From: Coriobacteriia bacterium
GTDB lineage: Bacteria; Actinomycetota; Coriobacteriia; Anaerosomatales; PALSA-660
Assembly: GCA_030651905.1 (NCBI GenBank)
Contig: JAUSBS010000100.1
Location: 19,892 to 83,891, forward strand
Length of the DNA: 64,000 nt
Direction of reading: 5' to 3'
Below are positions 1-9,837 of this stretch, piece after piece (positions within the stretch are counted from its first letter, which is position 1; every line of letters begins with the position of its first letter). The notes beneath the pieces are model-generated. The model searched no databases, was not told where the DNA came from, and worked only from the letters and a program-made list of their open reading frames with translations. The translations under genes were made by a program, and so were the position numbers.

Positions 1-229
1 TCGGCGAGACGACGAGGATCCTCAGCACGCCTTCCGCGGGTACGAGCTGCAACGCGGGCAGAGTGAACGCCGCGGTCTTACCGGTACCCGTCTGCGCGCA
101 TCCGACCACGTCGCGACCGTCCAACACGAGGGGGATCGCCTGCTCTTGGATGGGCGTCGGGTCCGTGTAACCCATCGCGGTCACGCCATCGAGCAGTGCG
201 GGGTTCAGGCCCAGGTCGGCGAATCTCAT
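1..229 (-). CDS. DEAD-box RNA helicase, N-terminal fragment (gene continues beyond window start)
   Basis: Minus-strand translation from ATG at 229 reads [55 protein letters not shown]. This contains the Q-motif and Walker A AQTGTGKT. The start overlaps the aldolase stop (ATGA). Confidence 0.8.
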   Translation of the reverse strand, partial: MRFADLGLNPALLDGVTAMGYTDPTPIQEQAIPLVLDGRDVVGCAQTGTGKTAAFTLPALQLVPAEGVLRILVVSP

Positions 230-1272
230 GAAGCTCCTCCAAGCAGCGCCGGAAGCGCCTCGACGAAACGGTCCACATCAGCTTCGGTGGTGTCCCAGGA
301 TGTCACCCAGCGCGCCACGGTCGTGCCGTCGTCGCGCGCGTCCCACTCATAGAAGTCGGCCAGGGCCCGCAGCGGCGCTATCGAGGCGGTCGGCAGGACC
401 GGGAAGAGCTCGTTCGCACCCACGGGGTAGGCGAACGTCGTGCCGGCCGCGCGCGCACCGTCCTCGAGCCGACGGGCCATTTCGTTCGCGTGCGAGGCGA
501 GCTCGAGCCACAAAGACGACCCGTACATCGCTGCGAACTGAGCGCCCACATAGCGCATCTTACTGGCGAGTTGAGCGGACGACTTCCGCACGTACTTGAA
601 TCCCTCGGCCAGTCCGGGAGTCAGGAACGCGACGGCCTCACCGAAGAGCATGCCGTTCTTCGTCCCTCCGAACGAGATCACATCAACGCCCGCGTCGGTG
701 GTGAACGCCGCGATCGGGACGCCGAGCGACGCGGCGGCGTTCGAGACCCGTGCGCCGTCCATGTGGAGATACATACTGTGTGCGTGACAGTAGTCGGCCA
801 GTGCGCGCACCTCGTCCACTGTGTAGACGACGCCGGTCTCGGCCACCTGACTGATGGAGACGACGCGAGGCTGGACGTGGTGTTCCACGCCTGTGAGCAG
901 TCGCACCTGCGGCTCCAGGGCCTCGACGGTCAGCTTGCCGTCCGTGGAGGGCACGGCGAGGACCTTAGCGCTGGTGAGGCGTTCGGGAGCACCACATTCG
1001 TCGGTGTTGATGTGCGCGGTGGCCGGACACAGCACGGCATCGCCGGGGCGCAGGAGCGCGGCCAGCGCGGTCACGTTCGCTCCGGTGCCGTTGAACGTGA
1101 AGAAGACCTCCGCGTCCTCGCCGAGGTGGGAGCGCACCGCGCGGATGCCGCGTGCCGTCCACGGGTCGTCGCCGTACGCGTGGAGGTGCCCGTCGTTCGC
1201 GTCGGCGATCGCGACGAGCATGTCGGGGTGAGCGCCGGAGTTGTTGTCCGACGCGAACGTGCGTCCAGCCAT
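226..1272 (-). CDS. ltaE: low-specificity L-threonine aldolase (PLP enzyme)
   Basis: C-terminal 348 aa of the 670-aa ORF read [19 protein letters not shown]...FGGTKNG..., which resembles the threonine aldolase/beta-eliminating lyase family. The upstream part of the ORF is Arg/Ser-rich shadow antisense to the DUF362 gene. ATG at 1272; an alternative ATG at 1293 has an AGGAG just upstream. Confidence 0.8.
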   Translation of the reverse strand: MAGRTFASDNNSGAHPDMLVAIADANDGHLHAYGDDPWTARGIRAVRSHLGEDAEVFFTFNGTGANVTALAALLRPGDAVLCPATAHINTDECGAPERLTSAKVLAVPSTDGKLTVEALEPQVRLLTGVEHHVQPRVVSISQVAETGVVYTVDEVRALADYCHAHSMYLHMDGARVSNAAASLGVPIAAFTTDAGVDVISFGGTKNGMLFGEAVAFLTPGLAEGFKYVRKSSAQLASKMRYVGAQFAAMYGSSLWLELASHANEMARRLEDGARAAGTTFAYPVGANELFPVLPTASIAPLRALADFYEWDARDDGTTVARWVTSWDTTEADVDRFVEALPALLGGAS

Positions 1273-1366
1273 CTTGAGGCGCCTCTCGCCCATGTTCTCC
1301 TGTTTCGCCGTCTGAAGGATACCCGAGAAGGCCTGTGCCCGCTCGGGAACACAGATACCTGGATGC

Positions 1367-2398
1367 ATGAGACGAGGAGGGGCGGCAAGCGTGGAGCGGC
1401 GCGAGTTCTGCAGATATCTCGGCGTGTGCACCGTGGCGGCCTGCACGGGAGGGCTCGCGGGCTGCGCTCGCCTGATCGACTGGTCTTCCGGCTCACGCGA
1501 TACAGCTTCGCGCTCCATGAGCGGTACCGAGACCACGTCCGTGCAGCCGACCGGGACGTCCGTGCCGACCGCCACTCCGGAAGCGCCGGCGCCGCCGCCT
1601 GATCTCGCCGTCTGGACGGGCGACGATCCTGAGAGCAACGTCCGCGCCGCCATCGCGGCTCTCGGCGGCATGGAGCGCTTCGTGAAACGTGGTGCGAAGG
1701 TCGTCGTCAAGCCGAACGTGCTCACCGGACGCGCGCCGAAGTACGCCACGACGACGAACCCGCAGGTGCTCGCCGGCGTCGTGAAGATGTGCCTCGAGGC
1801 CGGAGCCGCGAGCGTCGTCGTGCTCGATCGCCCGACGAGCTCCGCGCGCCAGGCGTTCGACGTCTCGGGACTGACGGCCGCCACGCAGTCGGCAGGAGGA
1901 ACGCTCAAGATCCTCAGCGACCGCAACTTCGAGCGGGTCGAGATACCGGGTGGCCGCTCGCTCACCTCATGGCCTCTGGTCGCGGACGTCTTCGACGCCG
2001 ACGTCTTCATCAACGTCCCGATCGCCAAGACCCACGGCATGGCGGGGCTGACGCTGTCGATGAAGAACCTCATGGGGATCATGGGCGGTGAGCGCGGCAC
2101 GATCCACCAGGACTTCGCACAGAAGATCGTGGACGTGAACACGCTCGTGAAGCCGCACCTCGTCGTGTTGGACGCGTACCGGATGCTCATCCGCAACGGG
2201 CCGACCGGCGGTGATCTCAGGGACGTGCGTCTGGCCAAGACCGTGGTGGCCGGAACGAGCCAGGTGGCGGTGGACGCGTTCGGTACGACGCTGTTCGAGA
2301 TGAAGCCGACCGACCTCGACTACCTGGTGCGCGCCGCTGAGCAGGGGCTCGGGATCATCGACCTGGCCCTGCTCTCCGTTGCGCGAGGGCAGGCCTGA
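1367..2398 (+). CDS. DUF362 domain protein with twin-arginine signal and lipobox (exported lipoprotein)
   Basis: N-terminus is ...VERREFCRYLGVCTVAACTGGLAGC (RR motif, LAGC lipobox). The body (VVVKPNV..., INVPIAKTHGMAGLTLSMKNLMG) matches my recollection of DUF362. A GTG at 1391 preceded by GAGGAGG is a plausible alternative start. Confidence 0.8.
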   Translation: MRRGGAASVERREFCRYLGVCTVAACTGGLAGCARLIDWSSGSRDTASRSMSGTETTSVQPTGTSVPTATPEAPAPPPDLAVWTGDDPESNVRAAIAALGGMERFVKRGAKVVVKPNVLTGRAPKYATTTNPQVLAGVVKMCLEAGAASVVVLDRPTSSARQAFDVSGLTAATQSAGGTLKILSDRNFERVEIPGGRSLTSWPLVADVFDADVFINVPIAKTHGMAGLTLSMKNLMGIMGGERGTIHQDFAQKIVDVNTLVKPHLVVLDAYRMLIRNGPTGGDLRDVRLAKTVVAGTSQVAVDAFGTTLFEMKPTDLDYLVRAAEQGLGIIDLALLSVARGQA

Positions 2399-2399
2399 G

Positions 2400-3968
2400 A
2401 TGGCCGACGCTGCGCGAACGCGTGCGCGGAGAGGACTTCGGCGCCTGCGGAAGGCTTCCCAATACACGCTGCTCGCCGCGTTCCTCGTCTTGCTGACACT
2501 CACGGTCTGGCCTCTCGGCCACGTCTACCTCGGAGCCTTCCTCGTCGCGGACCCACTCATCGCGGCCAACAGCGCCATGGGCGGCGTCTTGAGGATCGAG
2601 ATGCTGCTCGCCGTGGTCGTGCTGCTCTCGCCGCTACTCCTCGGCCGCGCGTTCTGCGGCTACGTGTGTCCGACAGGAGCACTGGCGGAGGCCGTGTCGC
2701 CGACGGAGCGTCCTTCTGACGGAGGACCCCCGCGCATGCGCGCTTCACGCGTGCCCGCGCGAGCGCGCGCGATCCTTCGCGCGCTGCCCCCCTACGTGCT
2801 CATCGCGTGCGGGGGTCTGCTCCTCTTCGCGAGCGGGTCCTTCCTGTTCTTCGATCCTTTGACGACGCTGACCCGCTCGGCCACAGTCCTGCTCTATCCC
2901 GCACTCGACCGCCTCACACGCGTGATCGGGGACGTGGCCTACCTGGCGCCGCCCCTGCGCGGCGGAGTGGATGCGGTCACCTCGGCGCTCACGGGGCGGA
3001 TCGTCTTCACCCGTCCGCTCACGTACGGCCTCCAGCTCGGCATCCTCGGCTACTTCGGCATGATGCTCGGCCTCTCGCGGCTGGAGCCGAGACTATGGTG
3101 CCGCCATCTCTGCCCGCTCGGCGCCCTGCTGGGCCTGACGGGACGTTTCGCGCTGTTCGGAAGGGTCGTCGATGCGGAAGTGTGCATCCAGTGCGGGAAG
3201 TGCGAGCACGTCTGCCCGCTCGATGCGGTCTCGGGCGATCACCTGTCCACCGACACGGCGCGCTGCCAACTCGGACTCGAGTGCGCCGAGGTCTGCCCGA
3301 CGGACGCGATACGCGTGGGCTGGCTGCCCTCGAGAACGACGTTCCAGCCGTCGCGCAGGGCGCTGCTCGGCGCATCGGGCGCGACCCTGCTCGCCGGGTT
3401 CTTCACCTACACGGGCCTCTCACGCTCCGAGCGCGACGTGCGACTCATCAGGCCACCGGGCGCACGCACCGAGACCGAGGTCCTGGGACTGTGCAGCCGC
3501 TGCGGACAGTGCATGAAGGTCTGCCCCACGAACGTGCTGCAGCCGGCGGTCACCCGCGCCGGGATCGAGGGTGTCTTCACCCCGCAGATGGACTACCGGC
3601 TCTCCTACTGCGACTGGTCGTGCAGCGAGTGCGGGAAGGTGTGTCCGACCGGAGCCATCATGCCGCTTGCGCTGGAGGCCAAGCGCAAGACGACGATAGG
3701 GCGCGCCTACATCGATCGGAACCGCTGCATTCCGTGGGCCGACTACAAGACGTGCCTCGTGTGCCAGGAACTCTGCCCTATCCCCGACAAGGCGATCGCG
3801 TTGCGCGAGGTCGAGGTGGACGACCCTCGTGGCGGCAAGGTCAGACTCGGACGGCCCGAGGTCCTTGTCGAGCGCTGCATCGGTTGCGGCGTGTGCGAGA
3901 ACGCCTGCCCGGTGCCCAACGAGTCGGCCATCGTCGTGCGCGCGGTCGCCCCGGAGCGGCGCGCGTGA
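2400..3968 (+). CDS. membrane polyferredoxin, NapH-like N-terminal half fused to NapG-like C-terminal half (about 6 Fe-S motifs)
   Basis: ATG at 2400 lies 2 nt after the DUF362 stop. TM helices carry FCGYVCPTGAL and WCRHLCPLGALLG motifs (NapH/MauN/NosR type). Cluster motifs are CIQCGKCEHVCP, CAEVCP, CSRCGQCMKVCP, CSECGKVCP, CLVCQELCP and CIGCGVCENACP. There is an internal TAT-like SRRALLGASGATLLAG segment. Confidence 0.8.
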   Translation: MADAARTRARRGLRRLRKASQYTLLAAFLVLLTLTVWPLGHVYLGAFLVADPLIAANSAMGGVLRIEMLLAVVVLLSPLLLGRAFCGYVCPTGALAEAVSPTERPSDGGPPRMRASRVPARARAILRALPPYVLIACGGLLLFASGSFLFFDPLTTLTRSATVLLYPALDRLTRVIGDVAYLAPPLRGGVDAVTSALTGRIVFTRPLTYGLQLGILGYFGMMLGLSRLEPRLWCRHLCPLGALLGLTGRFALFGRVVDAEVCIQCGKCEHVCPLDAVSGDHLSTDTARCQLGLECAEVCPTDAIRVGWLPSRTTFQPSRRALLGASGATLLAGFFTYTGLSRSERDVRLIRPPGARTETEVLGLCSRCGQCMKVCPTNVLQPAVTRAGIEGVFTPQMDYRLSYCDWSCSECGKVCPTGAIMPLALEAKRKTTIGRAYIDRNRCIPWADYKTCLVCQELCPIPDKAIALREVEVDDPRGGKVRLGRPEVLVERCIGCGVCENACPVPNESAIVVRAVAPERRA

Positions 3969-3975
3969 GTGTCCG

Positions 3976-6402
3976 CTACTCGTACGCGATGGCGTCGCGC
4001 ACGCTGACCTGCGAGGCGCGGAACGCGGGGAGCAGGCTCGCCACGGCGGAGATGCCCGCCACGACGAGAAGCCAGGCCAGCACCCCGCTCCACGAGAACT
4101 CATAGGACAGCGGGATGGTGATGGCCTTCTCGAGCAGCAGGACGAGTCCGAGACTCACGGGATAGGTGAAGACGGCCCCGAACGCCCAGCTGAGCACGCC
4201 TATGACGACACCCTCCGTGACGAAGACCTGGAATATCGAGCCATGCGAAGCGCCGACAGCGCGCATGACCCCGATCTCGCGGGTGCTCTCCAGAACGTTG
4301 ATGATCATCGTCCCCGACAGCCCTATGATGCCGACCGCCGCCAGGATGACCGCCATCACGATCAGGAACGTCACGAGGATGCCCAGCTCGTTCGCGAGCG
4401 TCGTGGACATGCCACGCTGTGTCCGTACGCCGGACACGACGAAGCCCGCCGACTTCAACCGCGCCTCCAGGCGATCGCCGGCCAAGCGCTGGCCCGCGTC
4501 GGAGGTGTCGGTCGTCCGAACGACGGTGCGCCCGACGGCGCCCTCCTCGCCCAACGCTCGGCTGAGATACTCACGGTCGGTGAAGACGAGCGATCCCATC
4601 ATCTGTCCCTGGACGATGCCCACCACGCGCCACTCGAGCTCCCGGCCGCGGACGGTGAACGTGCGCGTGTCTCCGATCCGCAGACCCTCGTCGTTCGCGA
4701 TGTCGGTGTTGATGACGACGAGTCCCACATCCCCGGGGCGGAGCCAGCGGCCCTCCACGAGGCGGGGCTTGATGAACGTGCTGGCCGGCGGCAAGCCGAT
4801 GACGCTCGGGGCGTCGTTCTCGCTGCCGTCGGGTCGTGCGAGCGACGCTCCGTGCAGGATCCAGCTCTCCGCTCCGGTGACACCCGGGGTGCTCAGGATC
4901 TCGCGCTCGACGGCGGCGCGGTTGACGGGCTGCTGGTAGCTCACCTCGACGTCGTAGCTCCACCACGCGGCGACGTCGTCGACGGTCTTGAGCATCGAGC
5001 TCCGGACGCTCATCACCGACATCACGACCGTCGAGGCGAGCGTGAGCGTGACGAGCGTCATGACGAGACGCCCCTTTCGCAGGAACGTGTTGCGCAAGCC
5101 CAGGGCGACCGGGCGTGGCAACCCGCGGACGAGTCCGAGCACGCGGTCGATGAAGCCATGGCCGAACTTGGCAGAGGACATCCCCGTGCGCGTGAGCGCG
5201 TTGACGACGCTGATACGCGTCCCGGTGCGGATGGGGAAGTACGCGGCGGCGAGCGGGACGAGCAGACCGACCGCGATCGCCAGAGCGATGGCGTAGCCGG
5301 GCGCGGTGGCGGGAGCATCGCCGAAGTTGAGCAGCCCGCCGCCGAACCGCGCGAACCATCCGGCCCACCATCCACCGGTCGGCAGTCCGACGAGCAGCGC
5401 GAGCACGCCGTACGCCGCCACGAGCGCCAGGTACATCCACATGATCTGCGACGAGCGCCCGCCGATGGCCTTCATCACGCCGACCTGTCTGACCTGCTGC
5501 GTGACGAGCGCGCTCACGGTGTTGACGACGAGGAAGCCGGACAGCAGCAGCGCCATGATGCCCAGTGCCAGCAGCAGGAGCGCCACGGCACGGAATATGT
5601 CGCCCAGGAAGTGGCTGTTCGGCTTCGGAACGTTCATGCCATAGACGGCCACGCCGCGCGGCGCCAGTACGTCGTCCCGCAGATGGGCCGCGAAGCGGCT
5701 CGCCTCGTCGCGGGTGAGATCCGCCCGATCCATCGAGACGACGAGCTGGTTGTAGGCCTCCGGCTGACGGAGGTCGGTGAGCTCTCCCATGGAGACGAAA
5801 CCGCGGAGACGGCCGGAGAACATGGCAGGAAACGCGTTGATGTCATGCGCGAACCCCACGACGCGCAGGACGCGCAGCTCGCCGTCACCGGCATCGACGG
5901 TGATGGAGTCGCCCTGCGCGATGTCGACCTCTTGCGTGGCCGAACGTTCGATGACCACTTCGCCGGGACCCGGCGGCCACGGCACTCCTTCATCCGCGAA
6001 CGCGCGCTCGACCTCCGAGGATGCCCAGTCGCCGGCGGACACGATCTCGATGCTGCGTGAGCGCTCAGCGACCGTCACGCCGGCGGGAGGCTCCTCCACG
6101 CCCCGCAGATCGCCGAGGCGGAACCGCATGACCGTCGAGCGACGCCCGTCCGCCGCACGCACGCCCGGCTGCCGCGCCACGGCGCGGACGAGCTCTTCGC
6201 CGAAGTCACTCGTGTAGAGGGTGGCGTTGGCCGGGACGGACCGGGGGAAGTTGCTGTCGAACGACTCGACGAGCATGCCACGGCCCCCGATGACGACGAG
6301 GATGGCGAAGACCCCGATCGCGATCGACAGCACAGTGAGTAGCGTGCGGATCTTGTGGGCGAGCAGGTCGCGTCCGATCTTGGACCAGCGCGGCTCAGCC
6401 AT
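3976..6402 (-). CDS. ABC transporter permease, FtsX/MacB family (two FtsX domains, large extracytoplasmic loops)
   Basis: Begins [35 protein letters not shown] and ends ...[18 protein letters not shown], typical of MacB-like permeases. ATG at 6402 overlaps the ATPase stop by 8 nt. Confidence 0.85.
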   Translation of the reverse strand: MAEPRWSKIGRDLLAHKIRTLLTVLSIAIGVFAILVVIGGRGMLVESFDSNFPRSVPANATLYTSDFGEELVRAVARQPGVRAADGRRSTVMRFRLGDLRGVEEPPAGVTVAERSRSIEIVSAGDWASSEVERAFADEGVPWPPGPGEVVIERSATQEVDIAQGDSITVDAGDGELRVLRVVGFAHDINAFPAMFSGRLRGFVSMGELTDLRQPEAYNQLVVSMDRADLTRDEASRFAAHLRDDVLAPRGVAVYGMNVPKPNSHFLGDIFRAVALLLLALGIMALLLSGFLVVNTVSALVTQQVRQVGVMKAIGGRSSQIMWMYLALVAAYGVLALLVGLPTGGWWAGWFARFGGGLLNFGDAPATAPGYAIALAIAVGLLVPLAAAYFPIRTGTRISVVNALTRTGMSSAKFGHGFIDRVLGLVRGLPRPVALGLRNTFLRKGRLVMTLVTLTLASTVVMSVMSVRSSMLKTVDDVAAWWSYDVEVSYQQPVNRAAVEREILSTPGVTGAESWILHGASLARPDGSENDAPSVIGLPPASTFIKPRLVEGRWLRPGDVGLVVINTDIANDEGLRIGDTRTFTVRGRELEWRVVGIVQGQMMGSLVFTDREYLSRALGEEGAVGRTVVRTTDTSDAGQRLAGDRLEARLKSAGFVVSGVRTQRGMSTTLANELGILVTFLIVMAVILAAVGIIGLSGTMIINVLESTREIGVMRAVGASHGSIFQVFVTEGVVIGVLSWAFGAVFTYPVSLGLVLLLEKAITIPLSYEFSWSGVLAWLLVVAGISAVASLLPAFRASQVSVRDAIAYE

Positions 6403-7174
6403 GACCTTGACCGGAGCCCTTGAGCGGACTGCGGGTCTCCTCGACGATCTCCCCGTCACGCACGTGGAGCGCGCGTGTCACACGTGCCGCCAGATCGTCG
6501 TCGTGGGTCACCATGACGATGGTCTTGCCTTGACGGACGAGCTTCTCGAAGAGCCCGAAGACAGCCTCGGCCGTCGTCGAATCCAGATTGCCGGTGGGCT
6601 CGTCGGCTGCGAGTATCGGCGGATCGTTGGCCAGCGCGCGTGCGATGGCGACGCGCTGCTGCTGGCCGCCGGAGAGCGCCGCGGGAAGCTTGTGCGCCTG
6701 ATCGACCATCTCGACTTGCTCCAGAAGCGCCATCGCATACGACTCCCGCTCCCGGACGGCGTGCACGTTGCAGAAGTCCATCGGGAGCATGACGTTCTCG
6801 ACGACGGTGAGCGTGGGAAGCAGCTGGAAGAACTGGAACACGACACCTATGGTCCGCCCTCGCCACGCAGCGAGCGCATTCTCCCCGAGAGCGTGGACCG
6901 GTGTCCCGTCCACGACGACCTGACCGGACGACGGACGATCGATACCCGTGATCATGTTGATGAGGGTGGTCTTGCCGGAGCCCGACTTGCCGATCAGTCC
7001 GACGAACTCGCCCTCGTCCACGACAAGATCGATGCCCTTGAGCGCGGTGAAGGGGACCTCGCCGGTGTCGTAGACCTTCACCAGGGACGAGAGTTCGATG
7101 AGCGGACGACCATGAGAGCGGCGAGCCACGTGTTCGTGCGTCCCTTCCAGGGAGCGGTGAACGGACGCGTGCAT
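6395..7174 (-). CDS. ABC transporter ATP-binding protein (MacB/LolD-like)
   Basis: Walker [11 protein letters not shown], signature [15 protein letters not shown], Walker [13 protein letters not shown]. Start is uncertain: ATG 7174, or GTG 7129 which has GGAAGGGA upstream. The Arg-rich ORF extension to 7435 was rejected. Confidence 0.85.
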   Translation of the reverse strand: MHASVHRSLEGTHEHVARRSHGRPLIELSSLVKVYDTGEVPFTALKGIDLVVDEGEFVGLIGKSGSGKTTLINMITGIDRPSSGQVVVDGTPVHALGENALAAWRGRTIGVVFQFFQLLPTLTVVENVMLPMDFCNVHAVRERESYAMALLEQVEMVDQAHKLPAALSGGQQQRVAIARALANDPPILAADEPTGNLDSTTAEAVFGLFEKLVRQGKTIVMVTHDDDLAARVTRALHVRDGEIVEETRSPLKGSGQGHG

Positions 7175-7267
7175 GCGCCACCGGCATCCGCGCGCAGCGT
7201 CCGAGGTAAGAGGATACCCCGAGGTATCGACCGAGCACACTCCCGGTGCCGGCAGCGGGGCACGAGA

Positions 7268-7297
7268 GAGGCGGCGGGCGTCTTCGCCCGCCGCCTC
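7268..7297 (-). terminator. 13-bp perfect GC hairpin downstream of the cytochrome gene
   Basis: GAGGCGGCGGGCG-tctt-CGCCCGCCGCCTC lies 47 nt after the cytochrome stop. On the minus strand it is followed by TCTCGTG, a weak U tract as is common in high-GC genomes. Confidence 0.5.
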
Positions 7298-7343
7298 GAG
7301 GAGCGGCACTGGATCGCTGCGGCGAAGCGCCGCTTCGAAGTGT

Positions 7344-8123
7344 CTAGCGGACCCGCACGGGAGCCTTCTTCGCGACCGGCGCCGGCGCTGCGAAGAACAT
7401 CCTGGCCGCGACCGGTGCCACATGGCAGGCACCACACGTCGGCGTCGCGATCGTCGCGCCGTCGGCGCTGACGACGTGGCACTTCGCGTTCGTGCAGGTG
7501 GTCGCCTGGACTCGGGCGGTGACTGCCGAGGCGTTGTTGATCGGGGTACCCCGGGTCATCAGTGCCGACACCGGAGCGTACAGGGCAGCGCGGTTGGTGG
7601 CGTTGTATGCATGACCACTGTGGGTCGCGGGAGCGACGTGGCAGGCATCACAGGCAGCCGGTGCGTGGCAGGAGGCGCAGGCGGCGGACTTGGTGCCCGA
7701 CTGCGGCCACGAGCCGCGAACGTGGATGGCGTGCAGTTGGGCTGCGCTCAGCTTGGACCAGTTCGAAGTGCTGAAGTAGCCGTAGGCCGTCGGAACGGAC
7801 ATGACGGTCCTCGCGGGGCCGGCGCCGTATCCGGCGTGGCAACCGGCGGCGGCGCAGTTGGAGCCCAGCCCGTGGCTGTGCTTGTAGTAGGTGCCGATCC
7901 TCTGGCTCGACTTCAGCCAGTGGCAGGACTTGCACTTCGAGTAGTTCACGACGGCAGTGAAGTCGGCCACAGGGGCACCGATCTTCGCACGAGGCGAATG
8001 GCAACGGGCGCACTCCGCGCTCGTGCCGGTCGCGCTCAAGCGGGCGAACGCCGGAACGACGCTCGTGAGAACGATCGTCGCGGCCACCGCTACCACCATC
8101 AGGATCTGGATGCTGCGCTTCAT
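7344..8123 (-). CDS. secreted or membrane-anchored multihaem c-type cytochrome (5 CXXCH plus 2 CX4CH motifs)
   Basis: Signal-like N-terminus [27 protein letters not shown]. Haem motifs are CARCH, CKSCH, CAAAGCH, CASCH, CDACH, CTNAKCH and CGACH within 259 aa. GAGGGG RBS lies about 10 nt upstream of ATG 8123. Confidence 0.75.
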   Translation of the reverse strand: MKRSIQILMVVAVAATIVLTSVVPAFARLSATGTSAECARCHSPRAKIGAPVADFTAVVNYSKCKSCHWLKSSQRIGTYYKHSHGLGSNCAAAGCHAGYGAGPARTVMSVPTAYGYFSTSNWSKLSAAQLHAIHVRGSWPQSGTKSAACASCHAPAACDACHVAPATHSGHAYNATNRAALYAPVSALMTRGTPINNASAVTARVQATTCTNAKCHVVSADGATIATPTCGACHVAPVAARMFFAAPAPVAKKAPVRVR

Positions 8124-8406
8124 CTTGATCAGCCCCTCGTCCGGGATTCTCGCCCGGGTTCCGCCTGTCCCCACTGTCAGACCGTTCACGCTTGCAGGAC
8201 GACCGCTTGTCTCTGCTAGTGTCGGCTGAACGGTCTCCGGACTGAACCAAACGGTTAGCTCGACGCGCCGAACGGTCGGTCTGACGCTTTCGCGGCGGCC
8301 GGCGAGTAGGGCTGGTGTGCTGGAAGGCACCTCCTGAAAGATGAACGGTACCTTCAGGATGATGTGGTGGCGTGCCGGTTCCTGAGTCGCCCGTGCCGCG
8401 GTGGGC

Positions 8407-8412
8407 TATAGT
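8407..8412 (+). promoter_or_regulatory. candidate -10 box (TATAGT), 7 nt before the MFS ATG (possible leaderless transcript)
   Basis: GGGCTATAGTGGCCGCCATG. No SD sequence lies between the box and the ATG. No convincing -35 was seen. Confidence 0.3.
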
Positions 8413-8419
8413 GGCCGCC

Positions 8420-9637
8420 ATGGACAAGCGACGTCTCGCGATCGCCTTCAGCATCGTCCTGGTGGACATGCTGGGCTTCAGCCTCATCCTGCCGCTGCTG
8501 CGCTACATCGCAGTGGGCTTCGGTGCCAGCGACTTCACCGTAGGTCTGCTGGTCTCCGTCTACGCTCTGGGCCAGTTCTTCGGCGCACCCGTCCTGGGCC
8601 GACTCTCGGATCGCTTCGGACGCCGCCCGATCCTTCTGGTGTCGATCTTCGGTACCTTCGTTGGCTTCATCGTCCTGGGATTCGCGACGACGCTTTGGAT
8701 GCTCTTCCTCAGCCGGATCATCGACGGCATCACCGGCGGCAACATCTCCGTGGCGCAGGCATACATCTCCGATGTGACCGACGCCGAGCATCGGGGGCAG
8801 GCGCTCGGCCTCATCGGCGCGGCCTTCGGCATCGGGTTCGTACTCGGCCCGGTCACCGGCGGACTGCTCGGCGAGGCGTTCGGCTACTCGGTTCCCGCGT
8901 TCGTCGCGGCAGGACTGGCCGCGCTCAACATGGGGCTCGTGGCGTTCCTGATGCCCGAGTCACTCACGCGCGAGATGCGCCGGCGGCTCTCAGAGCGCAA
9001 GCGCCCCATCATCGACATCGCAGGCCTGCGACAGGCACTCGAGCACCCCCGAGTCGGCCCACTGCTCACCATCCGCACCGTGACGGCTCTGGCGTTCCAG
9101 ACGTTCGAGAGCGGGTTCGCCATCTGGGCGCCGGTCGCTATCGGTCTCACCGCACGCGGGAACGGCCTCGTGCTCGGCTACATCGGCGTGTTACAGATCA
9201 TCATCCAGGGCGCTCTGATCCGCCCACTCACGCGGCGGTTCCCGGAAGGACGGCTGCTCACGGCGATGATCGCCCTCGCCGGGGTGTCCCTCGTGGCGTG
9301 GACACTCTCGCCGAACGTGTGGGTGCTCCTGGTCGTCTTCATACCGCTGTCGATCGGGATGGCGGTATCGAACACACTACAGAGCTCACTGCTCTCGAAG
9401 TCCGTCGACCCGGACGAGGTCGGAACGGTCTTCGGCCTCTCGACCTCAGCGCTGAGCCTGATGCGGATCCCCGCGGGCGTGCTGGCGGGCTCGCTCACCG
9501 GCCTCGCACTCTGGTCGCCGGGAGTGTTCTGCGGCGCTCTAGCGCTGGGGATCGTCCCGTTCGCCTGGCGCAGATGCCGTGGCGGCGTGTGCGAGGAGCC
9601 CATGGGTGACGACGAACCGGTCCCCGCCCAGACCTGA
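8420..9637 (+). CDS. MFS transporter (drug:H+ antiporter/TCR-Tet-like)
   Basis: MDKRRLAIAFSIVLVDMLGFSLILPLL...GRLSDRFGRRPILL is the MFS motif A. About 12 predicted TM segments. Confidence 0.85.
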   Translation: MDKRRLAIAFSIVLVDMLGFSLILPLLRYIAVGFGASDFTVGLLVSVYALGQFFGAPVLGRLSDRFGRRPILLVSIFGTFVGFIVLGFATTLWMLFLSRIIDGITGGNISVAQAYISDVTDAEHRGQALGLIGAAFGIGFVLGPVTGGLLGEAFGYSVPAFVAAGLAALNMGLVAFLMPESLTREMRRRLSERKRPIIDIAGLRQALEHPRVGPLLTIRTVTALAFQTFESGFAIWAPVAIGLTARGNGLVLGYIGVLQIIIQGALIRPLTRRFPEGRLLTAMIALAGVSLVAWTLSPNVWVLLVVFIPLSIGMAVSNTLQSSLLSKSVDPDEVGTVFGLSTSALSLMRIPAGVLAGSLTGLALWSPGVFCGALALGIVPFAWRRCRGGVCEEPMGDDEPVPAQT

Positions 9638-9837
9638 GTCCGACATCGAGACCGACCCGCGCACCTCATCCATCCCGTCGCAGGCCGCTGTCCTTTCGAG
9701 CTCGAACGCACCACGGGAGTCGGGACCCTGACGGGGACACTCCGCATGTGTGTTCGCCGGCGTAGCCGGTGGACACACGAGGACCGTCCCCGAAGGGGTT
9801 CCGACTCCCGTTCCGTAACGCTCTTCCCCAGCCAGTA

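Noticed and set aside
1273-2238. N-terminal 320 aa of the 670-aa ORF containing the aldolase
   Set aside because: This part overlaps the DUF362 gene on the opposite strand, and its translation is Ser/Arg/Pro-rich. Aldolase homology starts at [11 protein letters not shown], which has an RBS.
3829-6060. 743-aa plus-strand ORF
   Set aside because: It is antisense to the well-supported FtsX/MacB permease. The composition is Asp/Arg/His-rich and not protein-like.
9713-9810. Long-range inverted repeat CGGGAGTCGG...CCGACTCCCG with an inner CCCCGAAGGGG hairpin, as a possible ncRNA
   Set aside because: It lies between the converging MFS and lipoprotein genes. It is most simply a bidirectional terminator structure, with no other supporting signal.
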